Positions 8,872 to 18,132 of a stretch of DNA of 32,000 nt are shown here, piece by piece. Origin of the DNA: Faecalispora sporosphaeroides DSM 1294. Its GTDB lineage: Bacteria; Bacillota; Clostridia; Oscillospirales; Acutalibacteraceae. The stretch covers positions 546,836 to 578,835 of the forward strand of contig NZ_KB911066.1 of the NCBI RefSeq assembly GCF_000383295.1. Reading direction: 5' to 3'. Each line of letters starts with the position of its first letter. Position 1 is the stretch's first letter. The translations under genes were made by a program, and so were the position numbers. The notes under the pieces are model-generated. The model was not told where the DNA came from and searched no databases. It saw nothing but the letters and a program-made list of their open reading frames with translations.

Positions 8872-9846
8872 TCAATTTCTTTTTTTCCGCACCTTATCCA
8901 AAACAACCGCTATTACAATCAGGGAACCGATGATGATCTCCATGATAAAGGAATTGATTCCCAAAAGGGTTCCGCCCTGCCGCAGGGTAGCCATGATCAT
9001 GGCGCCCAGCACCGCACCGATCACAGAGCCCTCACCGCCGTCCAGACTGGCTCCGCCGACCACCGCGGCCGCGATGGCGTCGAGCTCATACCCCGTGCCC
9101 GCATTCGGAACCCCGTTGCCAAGTCTGGAGGCGAGGAGGATTCCTGCTACGCCGCACACGCTGGAGCAGAATATGTATACGCCGTACACCACGGAGCGCA
9201 CGCGGATGCCGCTCAGTCTGGCGGCCTCTTTGTTGCTGCCGTAGGCGTACATGTTGCGCCCGAATACAGTCTTCTTCGCAATGAACAGGCCAATGCAGAC
9301 GAACGCGGCCCACGAAAGAAACAGATAGGGAATGCCGAGCAGGCTGTCTGCCGCAAAATTGGTAAATACCTTTGGAAGATCCGATATGGTTTTCGCACCT
9401 GTGATCAACAGAATCAAATTTCTGACGATGGTCAGGGAGCCCAGTGTGGCGATAAAGGGCGGAACGTTTGCGTCGTACACCAGAATCCCATTGAACAGCC
9501 CCACCAGAGCGCTGGACGCAATCGCCAGCAAAATGGCGATTGGGATAGGCACGCCGTTCACCATACCCATGGCGACGATCACGCCGGAAAGCCCGACCAC
9601 GGAACCGACGGAGATATCGATTCCCGATGAAGTGATGACAAACACCATTCCGATTGCGATGATGCCGTAGATGGAGGCCTGCTTCAGGAGCTTCATCAAT
9701 GTGTCCAACTGAAAAAACACCGGAGAGGTATTCCCGAAAAACAGAAACAGCACGGCGAGAATGCCGACCAGAAGCAGCTCTGTTTGGTAGCGCGCCAAAT
9801 AGCTGTTGTATTGCCTTTGTTTCAATGATTTATTTTCTGCCGTCAT
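8872..9846 (-). CDS. Ribose/sugar-type ABC transporter permease (RbsC-like)
   Basis: Multi-pass hydrophobic protein with GIDISVGSVVGLSGVI, YAYGSNKEAARLSGIRV, LASRLGNGVPNAGTGYELDAIAAAVVGGASLDGGEGSVIG. Confidence 0.93.
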   Translation of the reverse strand: MTAENKSLKQRQYNSYLARYQTELLLVGILAVLFLFFGNTSPVFFQLDTLMKLLKQASIYGIIAIGMVFVITSSGIDISVGSVVGLSGVIVAMGMVNGVPIPIAILLAIASSALVGLFNGILVYDANVPPFIATLGSLTIVRNLILLITGAKTISDLPKVFTNFAADSLLGIPYLFLSWAAFVCIGLFIAKKTVFGRNMYAYGSNKEAARLSGIRVRSVVYGVYIFCSSVCGVAGILLASRLGNGVPNAGTGYELDAIAAAVVGGASLDGGEGSVIGAVLGAMIMATLRQGGTLLGINSFIMEIIIGSLIVIAVVLDKVRKKRN

Positions 9847-9849
9847 CGT

Positions 9850-11358
9850 TTACTCCTTTCCCTTTATCCCGGAGGCCAGGCGAAGAATCCGTTCCTCCTG
9901 AAATTCGTCTCTGGATAAGATCCCGGTCTGCCGCCCCTCATACATAATCAGCATGCGATCGGCCAGCCCCATCACCTCAGGAAGATAGGAGGAAATCATG
10001 ATGATCGTTTTGCCCTCCTTGAGCAGGGTTTCAAAGATTTTATAAATCTCCAGCTTCGCGCCGACATCCACCCCCACAGTCGGCTCGTCAAAGATGAACA
10101 GCTCGCTGTCCTGCTCCAGCCATTTGGAAATGACGACCTTCTGCTGGTTCCCGCCCGAAAGATTCTTGACCCGCTGGTAAACGGACGGTGTTTTGATCCT
10201 GAGCGCATTGCAGAAGCGTTTGGCGATTTTAACGCTCTCGTGATTATTCACCACGCCATACCGGCTGATTTTATTCTGTGCCACCATATTGATATTGTCT
10301 GAAACAGACAAGCCCAGCGCCAGCCCCTGCGCGCGTCTGTTTTCGGGGAGCAGAGCGACCCCCGCCTTAATTCCTTGCGCCGGCCTGACAAAATCCGCCT
10401 GTTTTCCGTAAAGGGTGACGGTGCCGCCCTCTTTGACATCGGCGCCGAAAAGACTCCTCACAATTTCTGTCCGCCCGGAGCCGACCAGGCCGAACATGCC
10501 GAAGATCTCCCCTTTTCTCACCTCAAAGCTGATATTGGAAAACGCCCTTCCCCTGGATATATTATCAACCTTCAGTATCGTTTCCCCTGGAGCCTGATGC
10601 TGAATCTGGTACATGTTTTCCACGTTTCGGCCCACCATCATGGCGATCAGCTGATCCTGCGTGGTTTGGCCGATCGGAACAGTGCCCACCAACGCGCCGT
10701 CCTTTAGCACAGTGGCCCGGTCGCAGATGGAGAAAATCTCTTCCATCCGGTGCGAAACGTACAGGATTCCCACCCCGCTGTTCTTTAGCCGCCCGATCAT
10801 TTGAAAAAGCTGCTTCGTTTCATCGTTCGTCAGCAATGCGGTGGGTTCGTCAAAAATGACCAGTTTGGCTTTTTGAAATATGGTCTTGCCGATTGCGACC
10901 ATTTCCTGCTGCGCCACCGACAACGTTCGGATAATCGCTTTGGGATCGACATGCACGTGAATAGATTCCAGAATCTCCTTCGTGGCCCGATGGATCATTT
11001 TAAAATCAACGGTGCCGAGCTTGGTTTTGGGGAGCTGCCCCATAAAAAAATTTTCGGCCACGGACAGATGCTGCGCGAGATTGACGTCCTGATAGACCGC
11101 GCCGAATCCAAAGGCCTGGGCCTGAACGGGCGATCGGGCTTCTTTTAATTCGCCCTCCACATAGATTTCGCCCGCCGTTTTGGAGTAAATGCCCATCAGA
11201 ATTTTGATGAGCGTGGACTTTCCGGCGCCGTTTTCCCCAATCAGGGCATGCACCTCCCCCGGGTACACCTCTAAATCCACACCGGACAAAGCGCGAACTC
11301 CCGGAAAATCCTTTACCAGTCCCTTTATGGCGACGATTGGCTGTGCTTGCGTTTGCAT
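9850..11358 (-). CDS. Ribose/sugar-type ABC transporter ATP-binding protein, two nucleotide-binding domains (RbsA-like)
   Basis: ALIGENGAGKSTLIKIL, LSVAQQEMVAIGKTIFQKAKLVIFDEPTALL, GLVGSGRTEIVRSLFG, LSGGNQQKVVISKWLEQDSELFIFDEPTVGVDVGAK. Start MQTQAQ at 11358 preceded by AGGGAGG. Confidence 0.93.
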   Translation of the reverse strand: MQTQAQPIVAIKGLVKDFPGVRALSGVDLEVYPGEVHALIGENGAGKSTLIKILMGIYSKTAGEIYVEGELKEARSPVQAQAFGFGAVYQDVNLAQHLSVAENFFMGQLPKTKLGTVDFKMIHRATKEILESIHVHVDPKAIIRTLSVAQQEMVAIGKTIFQKAKLVIFDEPTALLTNDETKQLFQMIGRLKNSGVGILYVSHRMEEIFSICDRATVLKDGALVGTVPIGQTTQDQLIAMMVGRNVENMYQIQHQAPGETILKVDNISRGRAFSNISFEVRKGEIFGMFGLVGSGRTEIVRSLFGADVKEGGTVTLYGKQADFVRPAQGIKAGVALLPENRRAQGLALGLSVSDNINMVAQNKISRYGVVNNHESVKIAKRFCNALRIKTPSVYQRVKNLSGGNQQKVVISKWLEQDSELFIFDEPTVGVDVGAKLEIYKIFETLLKEGKTIIMISSYLPEVMGLADRMLIMYEGRQTGILSRDEFQEERILRLASGIKGKE

Positions 11359-11462
11359 ACGAACCTCCCTGTCTGAAAACCAGACTTCCTCCGCCACTCC
11401 CTCATGCTTGGAACCATCGGCTTCGGAAGTCTGATTTTCCCCCTTTAGAACGTATCGATTCT

Positions 11463-12491
11463 TTATTTGCCGGGATACAGCAGCTTCTGCACCGCATCCT
11501 CCTGAATATTCTTCTTCGTCACCAGCGTCGTTTCGGAAACCTTATCCTTTTCAAGCTCCTTGCCCTCGAGCTTCGATACCGCGGCCAACACCCCGTTATA
11601 GCCCATCCCGAAGGGGTCCTGAACGACGATGCCGGTCAGATTACCGTTTTGAATCGCATCGATTTCGGTATCGTCCGAATCGAAAGCATAGGTGACGATT
11701 TTATCGCCCTTTTTGCTTTGCTCCATCGCTTTCGCAATGCCGTCGCCCATGTGGTTGTTGTCGCCAAAAATCCCGATCAGGTCCTGATTGGCCAAAACTA
11801 GGTTATCGGCCGCGTCAAGCGCTTTCTGAATGTCGTTGTCGCAATACTGGGTTTCAAGAACAACAATGCCCGGAACAAGGCGCTTGATTTCATCCGTGAA
11901 CCCCTTGCAGCGCGCCTGGTTGACGGCCGAACCGGAATCCGCACTAATTAAGGCCACTTTTTTGCCCGCGGGATCAATGCCCTTTGCCTTCCACTGCTCC
12001 ACCATATCTGCCGCGGCGGTGGCGGCGGCCGCCGCGTGGTCTGTGGCGATATGCTGGGTATACGCATCCGTTTCCAGCTTATTGTCCACCGTTACCACGG
12101 GAATGCCTGCTTTGACTGCCTGCTCAACCGCCGGCACGGTGGAGGTGGAGCTGATGGAAGCGAGCACAATGCCGTCCGGCTTTGCGGCAATCGCGTTTTC
12201 CAGAATGGTCACCTGCTTATCGATGTCGGTCTCCGAGGCAGGGCCGTCTGTTGTAACCTTGATCTTCCCATTGCTTTCCTCCGCCGCGGCCTTCGCCCCG
12301 AGCAAAAGCGTCTGCCAATAAGAGGAGTCGGTGGCTTTGATGATTACGGTGACATGGTAGGTGTCTTTCCCCGCGCCGGAAGCCCCGGAAGCGGCGGACG
12401 GCGCCGGCGCCGGGGCCGCCGTACCCCCGCAGGCCCCAAGGGATACGGCCATCGAGGCCGCCAGAAGCACTGACAAAACCTTCTTCTTCAT
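11463..12491 (-). CDS. Sugar ABC transporter substrate-binding lipoprotein (RbsB-like)
   Basis: MKKKVLSVLLAASMAVSLGACGG signal peptide and lipobox; YWQTLLLGAKAAAEE, GIPVVTVDNKLETDAYTQHIATDH, KALDAADNLVLANQDLIGIFGDNN. GGAGG upstream of 12491. Confidence 0.92.
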   Translation of the reverse strand: MKKKVLSVLLAASMAVSLGACGGTAAPAPAPSAASGASGAGKDTYHVTVIIKATDSSYWQTLLLGAKAAAEESNGKIKVTTDGPASETDIDKQVTILENAIAAKPDGIVLASISSTSTVPAVEQAVKAGIPVVTVDNKLETDAYTQHIATDHAAAAATAAADMVEQWKAKGIDPAGKKVALISADSGSAVNQARCKGFTDEIKRLVPGIVVLETQYCDNDIQKALDAADNLVLANQDLIGIFGDNNHMGDGIAKAMEQSKKGDKIVTYAFDSDDTEIDAIQNGNLTGIVVQDPFGMGYNGVLAAVSKLEGKELEKDKVSETTLVTKKNIQEDAVQKLLYPGK

Positions 12492-12526
12492 ACTAACATC
12501 CTCCATTTCTTCAATAGAAAAATATA

Positions 12527-12546
12527 TAACAGAAAAATTTCTGTTA
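12527..12546. promoter_or_regulatory. 9-bp palindrome upstream of the substrate-binding protein gene (operator or terminator)
   Basis: TAACAGAAA-AA-TTTCTGTTA between the end of the LacI-family gene (12600) and the substrate-binding protein start (12491). On the minus strand it is followed by TATATTTTTC. Confidence 0.5.
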
Positions 12547-12599
12547 ACGATAAAGGATTCCCGTTTTATGGAACCGGTTCCATATCCTTTGCAGCAAAT

Positions 12600-13619
12600 T
12601 CACTCTCCCTGCTTTCTTTCAGAACCCTTCAGTTCCAATTTACAGGGCACCACCCATATGTTTCTGCTGCCGTCCGGTTCCGCCATGCGGCGCATCAACA
12701 GTCTGATCGCCATTTTCCCCATTTCCTCCGTGTCGCGGGAAACGCAGCTGAAATGAAACCCCAGCGCATCCAGTGTGGGGATGCGGTCAATTCCAACGGC
12801 TGCGATGTCCTTCCCCACGGTGATTCCCGCCTCCACCATCGCCTTGAGGAACCCCATGCTGGTGCGGTTGTTTGTGGTCACCATGGCGTCCGGCAAATCC
12901 CCGGAGGCGATCATCCGCTTCATCAGTTCATAGGCCGTGTCTGTGGTGAAATCGCCCTTCCATACATCTTTATCGAGAATCACCCTATGGTACGCCGCCA
13001 TCGCGTCCTGAAAGCCCCGGTAACGCTCTCTTGCGATCTTCAGCTGCATATCACCCAGAATAATCGCAATCCTCTCGTTGCCCGCCTTAATCAGGCTTTC
13101 CGCCGCAAGATAACCGCTTTCATAGTTCTGAAAATAAACGGTGTCCCACTCCGAATCATCTAAATCTCTGTCGACCACCACGATGGGAACCGCCAGCTTG
13201 GAGAGCGCCCCTTTGATTATATCAATGGATTCCTTCCCATAGCCCATGGCAGGCGTGATGATGACCCCCCTGACCCGTTGCTGCTCCAGCATCCCGAGTG
13301 CCTTCAGCTCTTTTTCGCCGCTGTTCTGCGTGTCGCAGAAAATCAGGGAAAAGCCGTTTTCATCGGCCATTTTGGTGATTCCCTTCAACACCTCGGCAAA
13401 AAAGGGGTTGTCGATTTCGGGGATCACCACGCCGATAATACTGCTCTCCTGCTTGGAAAGGCTCACCGCGGCAGCCGAGGGCTTATACTGGTGTTCTTTG
13501 ATCACCTTCTCGATTTTCTGCCGAGCCTCGTTGCTGACATAGCCGCTATTATTCAGCACTCTGGACACTGTGGATTTGGACATTCCGGCTAATTTGGCCA
13601 CTTCTTTGATCGTTAGCAT
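12600..13619 (-). CDS. LacI-family transcriptional regulator
   Basis: MLTIKEVAKLAGMSKSTVSRVLNNSGYVSNEARQKI (LacI HTH); periplasmic-binding-like domain IIGVVIPEIDNPFFAEVLKGI. Confidence 0.95.
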   Translation of the reverse strand: MLTIKEVAKLAGMSKSTVSRVLNNSGYVSNEARQKIEKVIKEHQYKPSAAAVSLSKQESSIIGVVIPEIDNPFFAEVLKGITKMADENGFSLIFCDTQNSGEKELKALGMLEQQRVRGVIITPAMGYGKESIDIIKGALSKLAVPIVVVDRDLDDSEWDTVYFQNYESGYLAAESLIKAGNERIAIILGDMQLKIARERYRGFQDAMAAYHRVILDKDVWKGDFTTDTAYELMKRMIASGDLPDAMVTTNNRTSMGFLKAMVEAGITVGKDIAAVGIDRIPTLDALGFHFSCVSRDTEEMGKMAIRLLMRRMAEPDGSRNIWVVPCKLELKGSERKQGE

Positions 13620-13991
13620 TATGAAACCCTGATTCCATTTCAGTATTTGTAAAACCGTTCCCACTACACATTCCTATGTATTTCAGATAAATAATATTAA
13701 TAAATTTAAAAACAGAAAAGCATTTTTACCAATAAATATGTTGAAGAGTGATCAAAATATGTTCTTTCTAATTTCAGTTTCCCCTTTTTTATGGAACCGC
13801 TTCCAGAATCTTGCTTATCTAGGTCGGCAAAAAGCGGACTATAAGACCGGAATTTCTCTCTGCCCCACAACTGAATTCTCTATTGAAAGAACATGTGGGG
13901 AAGTTCACAGTCATTTCTTTATAAAAATTGCACATTTCATTTGGAATGACTTTTTGATAATTGTGGGGTAATCTAAAATCCTGAAAAACTA

Positions 13992-14021
13992 TTGACAACT
14001 CCATGCAGAAAGCTATATGAT
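13992..14021 (+). promoter_or_regulatory. Putative sigma70-type promoter for operon C leader
   Basis: TTGACA (13992-13997), 18-bp spacer, TATGAT (14016-14021). Confidence 0.65.
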
Positions 14022-14057
14022 AGCGGCATAACACAAAGAGAATATTCCATAAACAAT

Positions 14058-14098
14058 GGCGTTTTGAAAATGACTTTTCAAAGCGCCTTTTTTGTTTT
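14058..14098 (+). terminator. Intrinsic terminator inside the leader, between the promoter and the first gene of operon C
   Basis: GGCGTTTTGAAAA (14058-14070), loop TGAC, TTTTCAAAGCGCC (14075-14087): 13-bp stem with one G.U, then TTTTTTGTTTT. Confidence 0.85.
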
Positions 14099-14224
14099 CC
14101 TTTTGGAATTCACGCTTCAAAGGCAAGACACAGCATTCCCGGCGCACTCTTATTCATCAAATAATAAATAATTTTATCATCCTTATTCATTTTAGAATGA
14201 AATCATCATTTTCAGGAGGAGCTC

Positions 14225-15493
14225 ATGAATTGTAAAACAGATGCCCTGACGATCAACAGAAGCCGGCTGCAAGAGAACCTGCTGGAGCTTTCTGCAATCG
14301 GAAAAAATCAGCAGGGCGGAATTGACCGATGGCTGGGCAGCGAGGCGGATTCTTCCGCCCGCAGGTGGCTGCGGGACTACTGGGAACATCACACAAGCAC
14401 AGAATTTCATACAGACGCGATCGCCAATCTGTGGGCGAAGAGTACGGGGACGCTTTCCCTTGCCCCACTGGTGATCGGTTCGCATCACGACACCGTTCCA
14501 AACGGGGGAATGTACGACGGGGCGCTGGGCGTGTTAATGGCCACCGAAATTTTGCAGACGCTTCAGGAATCCGGTAAAAAGCTGCGCCACCCCCTCTGGG
14601 TCGTATCCCTTACCGCAGAAGAGCCCAACCCGTTCAATGTATCTACCCTGGGCAGCAAGGTGCTGGGCGGAGTGTTGAAATACAAAGACCTCAAGGATGT
14701 CAACCATATGCAGACCGGCCAGACCCTGGCGGACGCCATCCGCCGCATCGGCGGAAATCTGGAGAAAATCGATTCTCTGCAAATTGCGCAAGGGCAGATA
14801 GCCGCCTTTCTGGAATGCCATATCGAGCAGGGCCGGCGGCTGGCCGACCAAAAGCTCCCATCGGCTGCGGTGTGCAGCATCACCGGGATTTACCGCGAAA
14901 TCATCACCGTAACGGGAACTGCCAATCACGCCGGCACCACTGTGATGACAGACCGGCAGGACGCTCTGTGCGCCGCATCCGAGGTGGTTCTGCTGGCGGA
15001 AACCTCCGCGGCGGCACTGCACAGCGACGAAGCCGTTGCCACCGTGGGCTTTTTGCAGATCAGGCCCAACTCGACGAACATCATTCCCGCGTCGGCAGAA
15101 ATGATTCTGGAAATGAGGGCATCCGACCCCGCAAAAAAGGAAGAATTTTTGAAGCTGCTCACACAGGGAGTGAACCAAATTGCCGAAAACAGAAAGCTTT
15201 CGATCCAACGCAAAATGATTCTGGACCAGCCGCCGATGCCGATGAACCCCACCGTGATCAAGGCAGTGGAGCAGGGCATTGAGCAAGGCGGCCGGCCAGC
15301 GGTTCAACTGGTGAGCATGGCGGGGCACGACGCCGCGCACATGGCCAGAGTGACACGCTCCGGCATGATTTTCGCCCAGAGCGTGAACGGCAAAAGCCAT
15401 TGCGCCGATGAAGCCGCCGAAATGGACGACATTGAGTATACCGCAAATGCAATGCTCTCTGCGTTGCTGATCCTGGATGAGGAGCTGGACTAA
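14225..15493 (+). CDS. M20-family amidase/carbamoylase (allantoate amidohydrolase / N-carbamoyl-L-amino acid hydrolase-like)
   Basis: IGSHHDTVPNGGMYDGALGVLMATEI, EEPNPFNVSTLGSKVLGG, FLECHIEQGRRL, GTANHAGTTVMTDRQDAL, AGHDAAHMARVTRSGMIF. AGGAGG before the ATG. Confidence 0.88.
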   Translation: MNCKTDALTINRSRLQENLLELSAIGKNQQGGIDRWLGSEADSSARRWLRDYWEHHTSTEFHTDAIANLWAKSTGTLSLAPLVIGSHHDTVPNGGMYDGALGVLMATEILQTLQESGKKLRHPLWVVSLTAEEPNPFNVSTLGSKVLGGVLKYKDLKDVNHMQTGQTLADAIRRIGGNLEKIDSLQIAQGQIAAFLECHIEQGRRLADQKLPSAAVCSITGIYREIITVTGTANHAGTTVMTDRQDALCAASEVVLLAETSAAALHSDEAVATVGFLQIRPNSTNIIPASAEMILEMRASDPAKKEEFLKLLTQGVNQIAENRKLSIQRKMILDQPPMPMNPTVIKAVEQGIEQGGRPAVQLVSMAGHDAAHMARVTRSGMIFAQSVNGKSHCADEAAEMDDIEYTANAMLSALLILDEELD

Positions 15494-16825
15494 ATGGATT
15501 TATACTATCCCTCTTACTTATACAGCAAAAAACAGTTTTTAAAGGACTATGCTCTGGCGGTGGAAAAGGGAGTGATTCAAAAAGTGAGCCCCTTCGCCGA
15601 GCTGCGGGCGCAGTTCCCGAACAGCTATGTACACCGGTGGGAAAACCAGGTGCTGCTGCCGGGCACGGTCAACGCGCACAACCACTCCTTTCAAAGCCTG
15701 CTGCGCGGAATCGCGGCAGACCGCCCTTTTCTGGAATGGCGCGACTGTTCCCTGTACCGCTACTCCCCCAGAATGCGGCTGGAGGACATTTATAACGGAG
15801 CGGTGTTCGCGTTTTCCGAAATGCTGCAATGCGGCGTGACGACCGTGTCGGATTTTTTTTACCTGCATAATTACGGCACGGAAAGCGACGAGGCGATCAT
15901 CCGCGCCGCACGGGATGTCGGGATTCGTCTGGTACTGGCCAGAACCATGTACGACTGGAACGGCGCGCCGGAGGGTTACCGCGAAACGGTATCTCAGGCG
16001 GTGGAGCGAACGAAAGCACTGGCACGGATGCACCGGGATGATCCCATGGTAACGGTGCTGCCCGCGCCGCACAGTCTGCACGCCGCCTCGCCGGAAATGA
16101 TTCAGGCCGGCTATGAGCTGGCGAAGGAGCTTGGAACAGGATTCCACATTCATGTGGCGGAGGAACGTTTCGAGGTCGAGGAGGTCAAGGCGGCGCACAA
16201 CGGCCTGCACCCGATCGAATATCTGGATCAGCTGGGTGTTGTGGACGAACGCATGATGATGATTCACGGCGTGTGGCTCAAGGACAGTGAAATCGATCTG
16301 GCCGGGTCACGCGGCGCAAAGCTGGCCTACTGCCCCTCGAGCAATATGTTCTTGGCGGACGGCATCACCGACATTCCCCGCATGGTAAATAGCGGCGTGA
16401 CCGTTGCTTTGGGCAGCGACGGCGCCTGCGGCAACAACCGGATCAGCGTGCTGGAGGAAATGCGCATGGTTTCGCTGCTACAAAAGGCCCATACGCTCAA
16501 CGCCCTCTGCGTCAACTACGAGCAGGCGTTTGAAATGGGAACGGCGGCAGGCGGCCGGGCGCTGGGCCTGCCCGTGGGTGAGATTGCGCGCGGCTGCTAC
16601 GCGGATTTCTTCGGGGTCGATCTGGGAGATTTGTCCATGCAGCCCCTGAGCGCCTCTATGGAGCAGCTTCTGCCGAACATCGTTTATTCCATGCAGCCCT
16701 CGGCGATTCAGAACGTCGTCGTCAACGGGAAGCGGGTTTACAGCTGCGGCGATTTTCTCACGATCCAAAAATCGCGGGTTCTGCTAAAAATCAAGGACAC
16801 GATGGAGCACCTGCAAAGCGCCTGA
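15494..16825 (+). CDS. Amidohydrolase, TRZ/ATZ / HutF-like deaminase or iminohydrolase
   Basis: LLPGTVNAHNHSFQSLLRGIA, MLQCGVTTVSDFFYLHNYG, GFHIHVAEERFEVEE, MIHGVWL, LAYCPSSNMFLADGI, VALGSDGACGNNRISVLEEMR, ADFFGVDLGDLS. Confidence 0.85.
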   Translation: MDLYYPSYLYSKKQFLKDYALAVEKGVIQKVSPFAELRAQFPNSYVHRWENQVLLPGTVNAHNHSFQSLLRGIAADRPFLEWRDCSLYRYSPRMRLEDIYNGAVFAFSEMLQCGVTTVSDFFYLHNYGTESDEAIIRAARDVGIRLVLARTMYDWNGAPEGYRETVSQAVERTKALARMHRDDPMVTVLPAPHSLHAASPEMIQAGYELAKELGTGFHIHVAEERFEVEEVKAAHNGLHPIEYLDQLGVVDERMMMIHGVWLKDSEIDLAGSRGAKLAYCPSSNMFLADGITDIPRMVNSGVTVALGSDGACGNNRISVLEEMRMVSLLQKAHTLNALCVNYEQAFEMGTAAGGRALGLPVGEIARGCYADFFGVDLGDLSMQPLSASMEQLLPNIVYSMQPSAIQNVVVNGKRVYSCGDFLTIQKSRVLLKIKDTMEHLQSA

Positions 16826-16926
16826 CCGGAGCAATCGCCCCGATGAACAGATACCAAACGGAGCGCGTCCCTTCCCCGCCCGCGGCGGAGAATATGCCGG
16901 CGCACTGCCGATCAAAGGAGGAAGCT

Positions 16927-18132
16927 ATGAAACTGACAGCACAAGAGCAAGCCATGCTCGACGGAGAATATGGAACCGGAGTTCAGCTGGCCATGAAGGT
17001 GCAGGTTGCGGTGGGCGAAAGCTACGACGCACCTTACATGGTACCCATTACCCGGGCTCACGTGGCTCTGAGCAATCAGGAGGCCGACCTGTGGTTTGTG
17101 GAAAAGCTCGTCAACGGCGGCGCCGTTTGCCGGGTTCGCCCCACGGTAAACCCCAGCTTCAACTGGGAGCAGTTCAAGGAGTTTACCACGTTGGAGGCGG
17201 AGGACGAAGAAATCGTGCGGCGTACGCACGAGGCCTACAAAAAAATCGGCGCGATCATGACCTACAACTGTACCCCCTACCTGGAAAAGAACGTCCCCCG
17301 CTTCGGGGAGATCACCGCGTTTTCGGAATCCAGCGCCACGCCGTTTGTCAATTCGGTGTACGGAGCCAGAAGCAACCGGGAGGCCGCCGTCAGCGCCCTG
17401 TGCGCCGCCGTGACCGGCGTGGTGCCGTATTACGGCTATCTGCTTAACGAGAACCGCAGGGGCCAGATTCTGGTGGAAGTGGAAGCGGAAATGAAAAGCG
17501 ATTTCGATTATCAGCTGCTGGGGTACTGCACCCCGAAAAAGACCGGCTTTAAGCTCCCCGTGTTCAGCGGATTGAAAAATCCCGGGAAAGAAGCGCTGAT
17601 GAATCTGGGGGCGCAGCTCAATACCGGCGGAAATGTGGCGATGTACCATATTCTCGGCTTTACGCCGGAGGCCCAAACCATGGAGGCCGCCTTTCAGGGC
17701 AAAGAGCCGGAGGCGGTGGTCAGAATCACGCAGGAGGATCTGGACATCATGCGCGGTGAGCTGACGGATCCCTACGGCAAAATCGACTTTGCGCTCTTCG
17801 GGTGTCCTCACCTGACGATCGACCAGATCGCGACGGTCGCCGGGATGGTTCAGGGGAAGCGTCTGGCGGTGCCGCTGTTTATCATGACCTCCTCGCTTTC
17901 TTACGTGCTGGCGGAAAAGATGGATTACATGCGGATCATACGCGAGGCCGGCGGCTGGATCGTTTCGGACACATGCATGGATCAGCCCTGTTGGAAGTTC
18001 CTGTATGGCAAAAAGGGAGTTACGGATTCCCCAAAATGCGCTTACTACACCCGCCGCCGCCAGATGCAGTTTGTGATTACCGAGCTGGAAAACGCCGTAA
18101 CGGCCGCTTTGGAAGGAGAGATTACCCTATGA
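16927..18132 (+). CDS. Aconitase X catalytic (large) subunit
   Basis: MKLTAQEQAMLDGEYGTGVQLAMKVQVAVGESYDAPYMVPITRAHVA; FGCPHLTIDQIATVAGMVQGKRL; KKGVTDSPKCAYYTRRRQ. GGAGG before 16927. The track start at 16843 is an over-extension. Confidence 0.87.
   Translation: MKLTAQEQAMLDGEYGTGVQLAMKVQVAVGESYDAPYMVPITRAHVALSNQEADLWFVEKLVNGGAVCRVRPTVNPSFNWEQFKEFTTLEAEDEEIVRRTHEAYKKIGAIMTYNCTPYLEKNVPRFGEITAFSESSATPFVNSVYGARSNREAAVSALCAAVTGVVPYYGYLLNENRRGQILVEVEAEMKSDFDYQLLGYCTPKKTGFKLPVFSGLKNPGKEALMNLGAQLNTGGNVAMYHILGFTPEAQTMEAAFQGKEPEAVVRITQEDLDIMRGELTDPYGKIDFALFGCPHLTIDQIATVAGMVQGKRLAVPLFIMTSSLSYVLAEKMDYMRIIREAGGWIVSDTCMDQPCWKFLYGKKGVTDSPKCAYYTRRRQMQFVITELENAVTAALEGEITL

Noticed and set aside
13738-13971. 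77-aa (+) and 71-aa (-, 13819-14034) ORFs in the divergent intergenic region
   Set aside because: They are short and overlap each other antisense, lack convincing ribosome-binding sites and show no family resemblance. The region is better explained as regulatory.
17802-18128. N-terminal part of the tracked 249-aa ORF 17802-18551
   Set aside because: It reads out of frame through the aconitase-X large subunit gene. The real small subunit starts at ATG 18129. A similar over-extension explains 3226-3456 before the transketolase C subunit and 955-1035 before the first isomerase.
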